From positions 1 to 64,000 of IMG/VR virus record IMGVR_UViG_3300035661_000043: a stretch of 64,000 nt of DNA; one strand, written 5' to 3'. Source of the stretch: a virus. The notes beneath the pieces were generated by a model. The model saw only the letters and a list, made by a program, of their open reading frames with translations. It was not told the origin of the DNA and searched no databases. The position numbers and the translations under genes were made by a program. Positions 1 to 12,868 of this stretch are shown in pieces; position 1 is the stretch's first letter, and the number at the start of each line of letters is the position of its first letter.

Positions 1-525
1 GATTATATCTGGTCCGTTACAAATGTATTCAATGCAAGTAATAGTTCATCTAGTCAACCAAATATATTTGATCTTGAATACCAATTGCGAATGAATGATA
101 TGAGGGATTTAACCTCAACAAGTATAGTTTATTATGAACAAGTTATGTAGCATATTTCTTTGCTACAACATAGATTGAATGCAGATAGGCAGTTTGATTT
201 TAACCGACTTGAAGGTAAATTGTATCTCAATCTTAATTGGGATGTCAAGATTCAAGAAGGTACTTGGATCATGTTGGAATGTTACGCGGCATTAGATCCA
301 GAAACATCTCCTAAAATGTGGAATGAGAGATTATTTAGGGATTATGTAATTGCATTAACTAAGATGCAATGGGCACAAAACCTGAGTAAATATCAAGGTA
401 TGTCATTACCTGGAGGTGTGACTCTGGATGGACAGACAATGTATAATGCAGCACAGGATGATATCGAGAAAATTGAAAATCAGATCATGAATTCTCTGGC
501 ACCACTCTCGTTCTTCATGGGATAA
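1..525 (+). CDS. gp13: Neck protein gp13, 5'-truncated by the window; one in-frame TAG at 88-90
   Basis: C-terminus QWAQNLSKYQGMSLPGGVTLDG is typical of gp13; frame is open from base 1 if TAG is read. Confidence 0.9.
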
Positions 526-540
526 AGATCTTAGTCTAAT

Positions 541-650
541 ATAGTTACATTACAACCGAGCGGTGGGGGGCAACTAAGATTATCCTTTTAATATGATTGT
601 ATATTGCCTAGAACTCTTGTAAACCCCTCTTAGCAAAATATTTTTCACAC
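541..650 (+). repeat. About 110-bp intergenic repeat, copy 1
   Basis: Identical to 29241-29349 except for one G in a homopolymer. Confidence 0.95.
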
Positions 651-812
651 CAGAGGGAAATCCCTAGAAAATTGTTTAGAACTGTAAAAACACACAGCTA
701 AGTGATTGATCTATATACACTTTTTTGATCGTTTTTTGCGTACTAAGGGGTATCCCTTACCTTTTTGATAGAAAACACAGTTTTTTAAGTTTCACACAAA
801 GTTTCACACACC

Positions 813-1073
813 ATGTCTCTTCATGATGATCTACAGTTAATTAACACAAGGACGGCAGAGAAACTTGCTATTCCAAGAAAGATCAATGGTGTAAATTTTG
901 ATGGTACGATTGATATATCAATTTCAGGAGGTGGGACATCTGGTGACTCCACTTCAATTGCTGGTGTTCCAGTTTCAGTTGCTTCTTTAACTAATGGTGA
1001 TATACTATAGTACTCTGGTTAGAGTTGGGTCAATGTTGGCCAAGATAATATAACAGATGGTGGGAATTTCTAA
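813..1073 (+). CDS. Small tail-fibre-associated protein (2 TAG)
   Basis: PRKINGVNFDGT fibre motif; reads through TAGs to a TAA that overlaps the next ATG. Confidence 0.7.
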
Positions 1074-2473
1074 TGTCAAATACAGTAAGAATTAAAAGAC
1101 GTGCATAGGGTGGTGCTTCGGGCGCACCGGCTAGTTTGGCTAATGCTGAATTAGCCTACAACGAAACAGATGATGTACTCTACTATGGTAAAGGTACTGG
1201 CGGTAGCGGCGGTTCAGCAACAACAATAATACCAATTGGAGGACCGGGTGCGTTTGTAGGACTTACTGGTGCATAGACTATTGCAGGTGTAAAAACCTTC
1301 TCCTCTTCTCCAATTCTTCCTACACCTGCTACATCAGATAATTCCACTACTGCTGCGACAACTGCTTATGTTAAAGCACAGAATTATATAACAGGCAACC
1401 AGTAGATTACAGTATCTGGTGATGCAACTGGTTCTGGTACTACAGCGATCACTCTCACACTTGCTAACTCTGGTGTAACAGCTGGTACGTACAACAACTC
1501 TTCTACACAGACACAATCATTTACTGTTGATGCTAAGGGTAGAATTACTGCAACAGGTACACTGACTACTATTACTCCAGCTTGGTCTAGTATAACGTCT
1601 AAACCAACAACTATTTCCGGATACGGTATTACTGATGCTTATACCAAGACGGAAACGGATACATTGCTGCAAGGTCTTGATCCAAAGGCGTCCGTAAAAG
1701 TAACAACAACAGCCAATATCACACTGTCTGGCACACAAACGATCGATGGTGTCGCTGTGAGTGCTGGAGATAGAGTTTTGGTTAAGAACCAATCTACCCC
1801 TTCACAGAACGGTATCTATATTGTAGCGGCAGGTGCTTGGAGTCGTTCTGCTGATATGAATATCTGGTCAGAGTTCCCAGGTGCTTACATGTTTGTAGAG
1901 GAAGGTTCTACGCAGGCAGATTTTGCATTCGTGTGTACCTCTAATGCATCTGGTACACTAGAAACAACTTCAGTAGATTTTGTGCAATTCAACGGTGCAT
2001 CTGGTATCACTGCTGGTACAGGTATCGTTAAATCGGGTAACACAGTTTCAGTATCTGCAGAACTGGCTGGTTATCACAACAATGCGACAAACGGCATCAT
2101 CGCTAGAACTGCTGTCGGTACGATCGCAGCAAGAACCCTGGCAGTCTCCGGAACAGGTATTTCTATATAGAATGGAAATGGTGTTTCCGGTGACCCAACA
2201 TTCTCCCTATCTGCTGCACTTTCTACCGTCGGTGGTCTTACTCCCGCAGTAGACCAGTTAGCATACTACACAGGATCGGCAACTGCTGCTCTTACTACAT
2301 TAACAACATTTGCTAGATCTTTGTTGGGAAATACTGATGCATCTACAATGAGAACTACTCTGGGTCTTGGTACAATAGCAACACAATCAAGTTCAAGCAT
2401 AAATATTACCGGTGGTTCTATCACCGGTCTTACTTCATTCGATAACATTACTATCGACTGCGGCACATATTAA
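1073..2473 (+). CDS. Tail fibre-like virion protein (several TAG)
   Basis: RIKRRA*GG..LANAELAYNE N-terminus, QTIDGV..GDRVLVKNQ..QNGIY motif, IDCGTY end; 467 codons to TAA. Confidence 0.8.
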
Positions 2474-2497
2474 TTTTGAACTTGAGGATGCTATAGC

Positions 2498-2647
2498 ATG
2501 AAATATACTTTATCCGATCTTACCGAACAAGAACTAAACACAATTTTGAATTCATTGGCACAGTCACCGTATGTTCAAGTATTCCAGTTGATTGGTAAGA
2601 TTCAGCAACAGTATCAAGTACAGTCTCTAGATTCTAAAACAGAGTAA
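2498..2647 (+). CDS. Small hypothetical protein
   Basis: GAGGA RBS, 49 aa, TAA stop. Confidence 0.6.
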   Translation: MKYTLSDLTEQELNTILNSLAQSPYVQVFQLIGKIQQQYQVQSLDSKTE

Positions 2648-2662
2648 TACTCTGCACAATGA

Positions 2663-4366
2663 ATGGCAAACACCCTACTATTAAAGCGATAGTCAACGGC
2701 TAGTGCCGCACCTACTACAGGACAACTAGCACTAGGTGAACTCGCAGTCAATAGTAGGGATGGTACTTTATTTCTAAAACGAAATAATGGTACTACTGAC
2801 TAGATCGTAAAAGTCTGGACAGATCAATAGCTGATAAACACCAGTCAGCTCATCAATAACTCAAATTTCATCACAAGCACTCAAGCCACAACAACAATCG
2901 GTTCTGGTGTAACAGGTCCTATCTTCCTGAACATTTAGAACTCAGGTGTCGGAAATTCTTCAGGTTTCAACTTCTTGAAGTCTAATGATGCTGCTGGTAT
3001 ATCTGTAACAGAATTCTCAGATGATTCTACTCTGTATGAATTCTTCATGTCTGATAATCCAGATGGAGGAGATTCATTTAGTTGGAGATGGACTGACTGG
3101 CAGGGTGCCAACGGATTATGGAACCCAATGTTGATTGGTGGCAGATGTACGACAGTACTGTCATCCACAATTTCAATGAATGGTGTCCTGACGCAGTCAA
3201 TGTCTCGTTGGTATACGACTAGAAACACAACTGCTGCTAATGCTGCACAGAATATTGCCGCTTACAACACACCTGCTTTCTTGAAGATTGAAGGCACAGG
3301 CACTGTGACAATCACAACTCTGGATATCAATGGATATTCAGCCTGGAGTGGTGTAGTTTTCAGCATTCGGTTCATATCCAGTACTCAATTTGAGTGGGGG
3401 TATGGTGGTCCGAATTTCACTGCTGTCCAGACCTTAGATCTTGTAGAAGGTCCTATTACACTTTCAAATGGCGTAGTTGTTACATTTTCCTAGACAACAG
3501 GTGCTGTTACAGGTGACCGGTTCCAGTGCAGAATTTGGTACATAACGAACAATGATCTGCAGACTACACAGTTCAGAGGGAATATCTATCCAGACGGGTA
3601 GAATACAAGAACTAGCGGTACTGCTTCTAGATACTGGTCAAATACATACTCTCAAATCTTCACATCTAGTGCTACTACGGGTACCGCACCACTTTCTATT
3701 GCATCAACTACACTAGTCAACAATCTAAACGCGGATTTGTTGGACGGTCAGCATGCAAGTTCATTCCAACCAGCATTAGTCTCTGGGACTAATATCAAAA
3801 CCGTAAACGGTATTTCTGTTTTAGGCACAGGAGATATCAACACATCTGGTGCTTCTGCATATGAAAAGCAAATATTCAGTGCTCCTACCGCGGGACAAAC
3901 ATCATTCACAATCTCAGGCGGTTATCCTGCTAATAAGATTGAATTCTTCAGAAACGGGGTGAAGTTAGTAGCGGGTCTGGATTATGATGCAACATCTGGG
4001 GCTTAGATCACACTTGTTGGATTCTCTGCAGCTGCAGGTGATGTGTATGAGGCGTACTGGTTTGATTCGATTACTACATAGACACAAGTTCAAGTAAGAG
4101 ATGGTGGGTAGGATTCTGGCATGATCATGGACTCTTTCCCGGGTGAAGTGTGGCATATGAAAGCGGGGAATAGTCTCAGACTTCCGGCTAATCCAGCTAT
4201 TGGCAGTTTTGTTAAGATGCACAAATCATCTGGTTTCTAGATGTCTATCCTGCGAAATGGTTAGAATATCATGGGGTTGCAGGAAGACATGACAGTCAAT
4301 GTATACACTGCAGTATAGATAGACTTTATATATGTAAGTGCTACTTATGGGTGGGCAGTTAACTGA
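2663..4366 (+). CDS. Tail fibre-like virion protein (many TAG)
   Basis: LKR*STA..GELAVN, NLNADLLDG and LVSGTNIKTVNG repeats; joins ORFs 2975 and 3737 in frame; TGA stop. Confidence 0.8.
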
Positions 4367-5505
4367 TGACTAAAGCAATACAAATATCGTAGGCAGCAAT
4401 TGCTAATGGTGTAGCAACTCTTGATGCAAATACTATACTAACACCCACTCAATTTCCAGCAGTATCAGGCGATGTTTCTGTTGCTGCCGGTTCTACAACG
4501 GCGACTCTTGCTAATTCTGGTGTTGTTGCAGGAACATATAATGGTATATCAACATAGGTAACACCTTTCACAGTTGATGCTAAAGGTAGAATTACTAGTG
4601 CGGGGACTGCAGTCATAGTCACCCCTGCATGGTCTAGTATCACATCTAAACCAACTACATTAGCTGGATATGGTATCATTGACGCTCAACTCTCTTCTGA
4701 TGCTGTAACAAAGTCTGCCACTGGTCTAGGACAAACTGGGGGCGGTCTAGGGTTAGATATAACAACGAATACTGCTGCTGAATGGGCTGCACTTCCAGTC
4801 GGTTATTCGCGGATGTTTGGTTCAGCATCACAACGAGGTGGTGATGGCACAGAAGGTGCGCCTGATATCAATTATGGATACTTCAGAAAGATAGCAAACC
4901 GTGATACAGGAGACGGTTGGGTTGGTATGTGGTATTCTTACTAGCAGCCGGGTAATATCTGGTATGGAGCAACAGTTACATCTGCTGCTACCGCGACGTG
5001 GTATAAAGTATGGACTCAGGCGAATGATGGTGATGGTTCTGGCATGGATGCAGACTTGTTGGACGGTCAGCAGGGGTCATTTTACATGGCGGCATCCATG
5101 TCAGATGTCAACAACACTGCAGGAAAAGTAGTTCTCAGAGACACAGACTAGTCAGTCCAAGTTGGTGATGTCAAAATTAATGCCCTTGTCACACTTAAGC
5201 CGTACACTATTACTACAACAAGCATATAGGAAACTATTCTGGCTACATTTAGTACTGGTTTATATGGTTGCATCAAAGTTGTTCTTTCTGCTACAACAGG
5301 AACAGAAAGACACGTGACCGAATGTCTGATTACATATAATTCAACTGATGCATTCATGACAGAATATGGAACGATGTGGACTGGTGCAGCAAAACAATTT
5401 AATCTGTCCGTTGATATCACAACAGGTGGTGTCAGATTGAAGACAACTTCAACAGCTGCAACATCTACAGTTTATAGATTCATAACAACTCTCTTAGTAC
5501 CATGA
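4366..5505 (+). CDS. Tail fibre-like virion protein (several TAG)
   Basis: FTVDAKGRIT repeat shared with 1073-2473 and a DADLLDG motif; in frame with ORF 5314. Confidence 0.75.
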
Positions 5506-5696
5506 GTATAATTCTCAGAACATCAAAATTTGCTGCTAATACTGGATTGACTGCCATGTCAGGATTTTCTTTCCATGTGGTCATAAACAGAATTGGGAAC
5601 TTTGCACAGGGGTGTTATGTTAATGCATTAATCTTGAACGCAACTCAGACGACTTGTGGTGGGTTGTATACATCAGCTGTTGGGAGATTTTTATGA
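5502..5696 (+). CDS. Small hypothetical protein
   Basis: ATGA overlaps on both sides. Confidence 0.5.
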   Translation: MSIILRTSKFAANTGLTAMSGFSFHVVINRIGNFAQGCYVNALILNATQTTCGGLYTSAVGRFL

Positions 5697-6874
5697 GTCT
5701 GGTCTTTGGTGGACATGTATCTCGGAGTGGTCTCATTTCGTATCTAGACACATCAAATAAAGGCAAGTGCTGGCTTGGAGTCCCTTCTACAAATAGTCTG
5801 TTATATTCTAATGATTTTACATTTTGGAATAAAAGTTCGGGTGTAGATGTTGTGCCAGCTTCATGGGAAATGGGTCCATTTGGATTCTAGAATGCAAAAA
5901 GAATCACTGCAAATGGTACTACTAGTGCTTATATTAATAGGTCCAGTGACTCACCTGTAGCAGCCGGAGATACTCTGACAAAAAGCATATATGCAAAAGC
6001 TGGAACTCTTAACACCATTATCAGTGAATTTAATGATAACGCAGCATATTTTATTACAACATTCAATGTCAGCACTGGCTCTATAACTAGAAATGATGCA
6101 GGAAATACAGCTACAATAGAATCATGTGGCAATGGTTGGTTTCGTTGCAGTGTGACCAGAACTTTTATTGCTGCTTCATCGGCTGGGGTGTGGTATCTTG
6201 GTGTATATGGTACATCTCCGGCTGGATATATTTTTCTTCATGGCGCACAACAAGAGTTACATTCTGGTGCTTCTAGACTTATCGAGACAAATGGTGTAGC
6301 AGTTACTAGAACAAATGGTTTAGTAGATTTGGTTGACAAGAACATTTACACTCAGAACTCGTTACTGTACGGAAATGATTCATTCTCTTTCAACGACTCC
6401 CCATCAAGTATTACAAGATCTATCACATCAGCATTCTTCAGAGATTCTAGTTGGACTGTGTCCGTAGTAGTGAAATTCTATGTTGTAAACAAGGGTTCTG
6501 ATAATGGAATTTTGAGCCACGTCGAAGTAGATGGTGTGACTAATAAACATTTGAATTTAGTTGAAAGAGCTGGAAAAATTTATTACGGTTTTTATGGTAA
6601 TGATTTTCAGACGAATATGAGTGTAAGTGCTAACGTCCCGTATCTTATAAACTTCACATATAATCCAGTCACACTAAAACAGGAAATTTATATAAATGGT
6701 GTGTTAGCACAGGGAAGAACTGCCAGTACTGCATATACAGGTGTTTCCTCTACGATTACTGTTGCTTCATGTCTATCAGGCGAATTGCCTATGATGATGA
6801 TACATGACAGAGTTTTAAGTGCATCAGAAATAAATATCTTATTCGTGACAAATAAGATAAAGTTTGGATTGTAA
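5693..6874 (+). CDS. LamG/concanavalin-like domain virion protein
   Basis: C-terminal YINGVL..HDRVLSASEI..KFGL LamG signature; joined through TAG 5888. Confidence 0.75.
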
Positions 6875-8346
6875 TGGCTACCAAAAAATTTAGAGCCCCG
6901 GCTGGCATCGAGACGCAAGTCGCAGATTTTATATCTCCAGATGAAACTAAGAAAATATCTGCAATCATGTCAGATAATGGTGAATTATCATTCACTGGTA
7001 CTGCAGGTCAATTATTTACGGTTGCTGATTCTGGTTCTGGTTCTATATTTTCTGCTAATGATATCTCTGGTATCCCTTCGATTGAAATTCTTGACACAGG
7101 GCTAGTCAAGATCGCAGAGACATCGGGAAACGTTCTTCTTGGTACTAGTACCGACAATGGAAATAAACTTCAGGTAAATGGTAATGCAAACATCGGTGGG
7201 TTGATACTCGAGGGTTCAGTAGATTCTGGTGCAACCACATATGCTGGGTACAGACCGGCAGGTACTAACTTAATTCTCAAAGGCAACTCAACTGGAGTTT
7301 CTGGTATATTCTTTCAGTCTGAGAAGGATGGCACCAATATAAATCACCCTACTGACTATGGGTATATTCAGTTTCATGCACAGGGTATTGATGGAGTTTC
7401 TGGTGAAAACAATAAGATGGTTATTGGTGTTGCTAATGACTCACCTGACTCACTAGTTCTTCAGTCACCATATAAGAATGGTGTAAAGATTTCTTTTAAA
7501 GATGTCTCAAGCGGAACAGGAGGAACAGAATATACAGTTTGGCATGCAGGAAATCATGGGGCAACATCTGGACTTGATGCAGACTTGCTAGATGGCCAAC
7601 AAGGGTCTTGGTATCAGCAGGCATTAGTCTCTGGGACTAATATCAAAACCATTAATGGTGTTTCAGTCTTAGGATCCGGTGATGTAACTATTAATGCAGC
7701 TGGTGGTGGAATTACATACACCAAAAAGATTGCAAATTACACAGCAGTTGATAAAGACGGGATTCTAGCAGATACTTCATCAGGCTCCTTTACAGTAACA
7801 CTTCCATCTTCCCCCACTGTTGGTATGCAAGTATGGATTGCAGATGGTTCTTCGTGGGCACTGAATAATCTCACCGTAGCACCAAGTGTAGGAACTTCGA
7901 TTGGTGATCTTGCTGTCAATGAAAGTCTAGTATTAGATATCGCTGGAATTGAAATCCATCTTATCTACACCGGAACTAAATGGCTGTACTATTACAGCAG
8001 CTTCGGGTCTAATGGGTCTGGCATCACTTTTGAAAAGCAAGCACAATTTAGTCTATCTGGTATAACTACTGTGACACCTATATTCACAGTACCAGTTACT
8101 ACATACCGAGGTGGAAATATTAGACTCACAGTAAGCAATGGTGCAGCATATAGATACATGATTTTCAACATTCTTCAGGATGGAACTACAGTTCAGATGT
8201 ACGATGTGTCTGGCGGTTAGCTAGAAATTGGGTAGACAAATGCTACCATTACTGCCGACATAAACACGGGTATGTTAAGAATTCTTGCTGCCAGTTCTTC
8301 TGGGTCTATTTCAATCAAAGGTGTTGCAACCTTAATGGTGGTATAA
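6874..8346 (+). CDS. Tail fibre-like virion protein
   Basis: DADLLDG, LVSGTNIKTING and VTLPSSPTVG motifs; extends through 2 TAG to TAA. Confidence 0.8.
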
Positions 8347-8349
8347 CAC

Positions 8350-8715
8350 ATGGCTACATTTTCATCTATTCTTGGTGTATCAACCCAGGTAACTCTTACT
8401 GGGGCGGAAACTCTTACTAATAAGACTCTTGTTACTCCTGTTATCACTGATGGGATCCAAGTTGTATCTACTAATACCACCGCAACGAGATCTATTACTT
8501 ATGTTCTAAGCTCGGCTGTAAATATAACACTGCCAGCAACACCTATAGCAGGAGACTGGGTAATCGTGGTGAACGCAAGTGGGACGACAACTCCCACTGT
8601 TCTAAGAAATGGATAGAGAATCATGTCCTTGTTAGAGGATTTTACTATCGACTCGAAGAATGTGTCACTGAAATTTACATACACGGATTCCACTAGAGGG
8701 TGGGTATTACAATGA
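8350..8715 (+). CDS. Small virion protein
   Basis: TLPATPIAGDWV..LRNG*RIM..YTDSTRGW motif; TGA overlaps the gp14 ATG. Confidence 0.7.
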
Positions 8716-9353
8716 CACTAAGACTCCTAAATTCTGCTTATACATCAGAGAATCTCCTGTACGAGAGTCTTATCACAGAGGCTGTCGAAATGCATGGCGA
8801 TGACTTCATGTACATACCGAGAACATTTGTCGCTAAGGATGAAGTTCTCGGAGAAGACAGACTCAGCAAGTTCAAGAATTCATATCCAGTAGTGATGTAT
8901 CTTGAATCTATCGACGGATTTGAGGGTCAAGGTGCAATGATGTCCAAGTTCGGACTTCAGATGGATCAACAGGCAACACTGACTGTGGCAAGAAGAACTT
9001 GGGATCAAACTGTGGGTCAATATGGTCAAACGATATTACCGAATAGACCTGCAGAAGGTGATCTAATCTATTACCCACGAACAAAAGCACTACTCGAGAT
9101 TATGTTCGTGCAGCACCTCAATCCTTTCTATCAGTTGGGCCAATTGTACGTTTATAAACTGACAGTTGAGAAATTCCGTTACTCAAGTGAGAAACTAGAG
9201 ACTGGTGTTACTACTATTGATGCATTCAATGATCTAGCCACAACAGGTGCGGCGAATGTTGAAACTCCTCAGTCATTTGGTGATAATACTAAGCTCAAGA
9301 CCAAAGCATAGCAGTTTGTTTTTGATACAAACAATCCTTTCGGTTAGATTTAA
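8712..9353 (+). CDS. gp14: Neck protein gp14
   Basis: GFEGQG..SKFGL and RPAEGDLIY motifs; the C-terminal NPFG is reached only through TAG. Confidence 0.9.
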
Positions 9354-9370
9354 TATGAATAATACCTATC

Positions 9371-10081
9371 ATGTTTGAAACTCCATTCTACCCAGAAACA
9401 ATCAAGAAAGTAATCACCGGTTTTGGTGCACTTTTTTCTAATATTCAAGTAATCAGACGCAATGCTGGCACTGCTGTAGAAGTAGCAAAAGTTCCAATTG
9501 CTTATGGACCAAAAGAGAAGTTTATTACCCGACTTGATGCAGACCCAGAACTTAGTGCAGGGGTTTTTATCACATTACCAAGACTCGGATTTGAAATAAC
9601 TGGTTATAATTTCAATTCAGCTGAGATGACTAATCGGAATAACAAGATCTAGTGTGCTAAACCCAATGGTACTACATTCGTTTATACACCAGTACCGTAT
9701 GATATAACTATACAATTGTATGCACTGACAAAAGGGACAGAAGACGGTCTTGCAATTGTTGAGCAGATTCTACCTTTGTTCACACCAGAATACACATTGA
9801 CAGTTAACGCATTACCAGAGATGAATCTGTCAATCGATATCCCAATTATTCTTAACGGTGTATCAGTGCAAGATGATTATGAAGGGGACTTTAGTACAAG
9901 ACGACTGGTAACTCATGTATTTGATTTTACTGCTAAAGTAAAACTTGTTGGTCTAGTGCGCGGAAATAGTGTCATTTATCGTACTGAAACTACTCTTCCT
10001 GCACCATTTAATGCTCAACACGTGGCACAGGTAGATCCAAATACCGGTAATTTGTTAGTAGATGATTGGAGTATTAATTGA
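9371..10081 (+). CDS. gp15: Tail terminator / sheath stabiliser gp15
   Basis: VPIAYGPKEKF, LPRLGFE and EQILPLF motifs; joined at TAG 9650. Confidence 0.9.
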
Positions 10082-10506
10082 GACCACAAATTTATAATGG
10101 CAATATGAATCTTAAATCTGCCGGGGTTCAATTGAATTGGGAGCAGTGGCAGATTGAAGAATGGATCAAGTGTAAGTTAGATCCAATTTATTTCATTCAG
10201 AATTATATTAAGATTGTGACTGTAGACTATGGTTTACAGCCAATGAAAACATATGAGTTCCAGAAAGAATTCGCCGATGCTATCTTAAATAAGTAGAACA
10301 AAGTTATTGGTCTCTGTGCTCGCCAGATGGGCAAGTGTGTCCAAGGTTCTACTTTAATTAATATCTCTATTAAAGATAGCAACGGAGATAAACACTTTTA
10401 TGACAATATCCCGATCGAATTAGTCAACTCGTATGCTATAGCAAGAAAATCTGGCGATGTCTTGCCAGATATCGCGAGCTACAGAAGGTAGAAATAGGAA
10501 AACTAA
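10078..10506 (+). CDS. gp17: Terminase large subunit, piece 1 (N-extein plus short IntN-1)
   Basis: KCKLDPIYFIQNY; Walker A RQMGK followed by intein start CVQGST; TAA at 10504. Confidence 0.85.
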
Positions 10507-10535
10507 GAATTATATAGATTGCAATGTTCCAATGA

Positions 10536-10676
10536 TTTGAACATATAGGATATTGCAATACGAATCGTATCAAGATTCATTATATTTGGGAAAAAGATTT
10601 TCATGAGAATAAAGAAGCAACAATAGAATTATGCAAAAATTATCTGATTCAGTATAGAGAAAATTTACAGAAGTAA
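10536..10676 (+). pseudogene. Endonuclease C-terminal remnant between intein halves
   Basis: Translates as IKIHYIWEKDF..KEATIELCKNYL (Vsr/DUF559-like tail); no start codon. Confidence 0.55.
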
Positions 10677-11389
10677 TAGATGTAGATTTCTTAGAGGTAG
10701 AAACAGATTCTGGATATCAACCAGTGTCATCTGTTAATACCACTGAGATCTATGAGATCTATGAGATCTATTTCGAATCTGGAAATATGATTCAATGTGC
10801 AGATAATCATATATTCATTGCAACAGATGGCGGTGAAATTTTTGCTAAAGATTAGATTGGAATGTGTCTTCTTACTAAGAATGGGACAGATAAAGTAATA
10901 AAAGTCATTGCAACTGGTGTATTTGAAGAAATGTATGATCTATCTGTAGATTAGGAAGATCATACGTATTATACAAATGGTATATTAAGTCATAATTCGA
11001 CCATTATGGCTGCAATTATGTGTCATTATATTATCTTCAATGATAGTAAGACATGTGCTATTCTTGCTAACAAAGCAGCTACTGCAAGGGAAATCTTATC
11101 TCGTGTTCAATTAGCTTATGAACACTTACCTAAATGGTTACAGCACGGAGTAATTGAGTGGAATAAAGGGTCTTTTTTACTTGAAAATGGATCTAGAGTT
11201 CTTGCTGCATCTACTTCATCCAGTGCAATTCGGGGATTTTCTTGTGTTTAGGGAGACACAAAAATAACACTAAGAAACAAAAAAACTGGTGAAATCAAAG
11301 AAATAGAAATCAATAAGCTACCATAGATGATGAATGAAAATGCAAATTCATCTAAGGAGCCAAATGATATTACAATTCGATTTCAATGA
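10631..11389 (+). CDS. gp17: Terminase large subunit, piece 2 (IntC-1, middle extein, short IntN-2)
   Basis: YYTNGILSHN/STI junction, then LANKAATAREIL..AIRGFS/CV*GDTKI; TGA at 11387. Confidence 0.85.
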
Positions 11390-11497
11390 ACTAATGAAAA
11401 TACAGGGTCTACAAGAACATAAAAGAAACTATACAATGTTTCTCAACTGAAGCTCCGGATAAAATATAGCCATTGAATAAGAAAACAAAAGATTTAC

Positions 11498-12844
11498 ATG
11501 CTACAAAATAATCAATCGCTGATAGATAATGATGAATGGGAAGTTCTTACTCCATCTGGGTGGCAAGACTTTTCTGGTATACTGATAACAGAAAATCAAG
11601 ATACCATCACTTTAGACTCAGGATTAACTTGCACAGAAAATCACAAAGTATTGAGAGCCGGAGTGTGGGTAGAAGCAAAATAGATAAATCACACAAAGAA
11701 TGTTAATCAAACCGTGTATGACTTAACTGATGTGACGAATGGTCATGCATATTATACAAACTCGGATATTAGTCATAATTGCAATTTCCTAGCACTGGAT
11801 GAATTTGCATTTATTCACCCCAATGTAGCAGAAGATTTCTTCGCATCTGTTTATCCTACTATTTCATCAGGTAAAACTTCAAAATTGATGATCATTAGTA
11901 CACCTAATGGTATGAATTTGTTCTATAAGATGTGGATGGATGCACTATCTGGGTCAAATGGTTTCATGCCTGTAAAGGCGATTTGGTCTGATATTCCTTC
12001 TAGAGATCAAAAATGGGCAGATGAACAGAAAGCAGTTCTGGGAGAAGTTAAGTTCTAGCAAGAATGTGAGTGTAACTTTATTGGTGCTAGCAATACACTT
12101 ATTTCTGGCAATAAACTGAGAACTATCCCATTTGAAAAGCCAATTGCTATATCACCAACTCTTCGTGTGTACGATGAACCCAAGCCCGGAAATTCATATG
12201 TAATGAATGTGGACACTGCAAGAGGGACAGGTAATGATTATTCTTCATTTACTATTATCAATGTCACATAGTTGCCATATAAAGTTGACGCTGTATATGC
12301 AGACAATGAAGTTAGCCCACTGCTTTTCCCAGGTATTATATTGAATCTGGCTAGAAAATACATTAATGCATCAGTATTAATAGAAACCAATGATATTGGA
12401 GAAAGTATAGCATCTTCTCTGTATTATGATTATGAATATGAAGAAGTTATTATGTCAGACAGCAAAGGTGGAATGTAGGCATTTGGTGGAGAGAAACCAG
12501 GGCTGAGAACTACTAAAAAGACAAAATCAGTAGGATGTTCTGTCCTCAAGACATTGATTGAAAATGATCAATTAATCATTCGCGACTCCGAGATTCTATA
12601 TGAGTTATCAAATTTTGCTCTAAAGGGATCATCATACGAGGCGGAGAACGGACATGATGATAGAGTAATGACACTCGTTCTTTTTGCATACCTTACTACT
12701 CAGAGTGTTATGACCGAATTGACAAGTTAGTAGGCAAAAGCAAGAATTATTGAACTGAGACAGAAACAAACAGAAGATGCAATGATGCCGGCAGGATTCT
12801 TTTCTGATGGGACAGAATCTGAATCAGATACATTTCATTTCTAA
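11498..12844 (+). CDS. gp17: Terminase large subunit, piece 3 (IntC-2 plus C-extein with Walker B and nuclease domain)
   Basis: YYTNSDISHN/CNFLALDEFAF, STPNG, VDTARG and HDDRVM motifs; 449 codons to TAA. Confidence 0.88.
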
Positions 12845-12860
12845 TTCAAAGATTCAAAAG

Positions 12861-12868
12861 TATAAATA
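12861..12868 (+). promoter_or_regulatory. T4-type late promoter TATAAATA (also at 14927 and 19374)
   Basis: Exact gp55 consensus upstream of gp18, gp19 and gp22. Confidence 0.8.

Noticed and set aside
1261-1300. TAG=Gln (code 15), suggested by LTGA*TIAGVKTF and GDIL*Y, where Gln is common
   Set aside because: These sites are in variable fibre repeats. Conserved enzyme and structural motifs, the intein +1 position and the tRNA body all indicate Ser. Some ambiguity cannot be excluded without an alignment tally.
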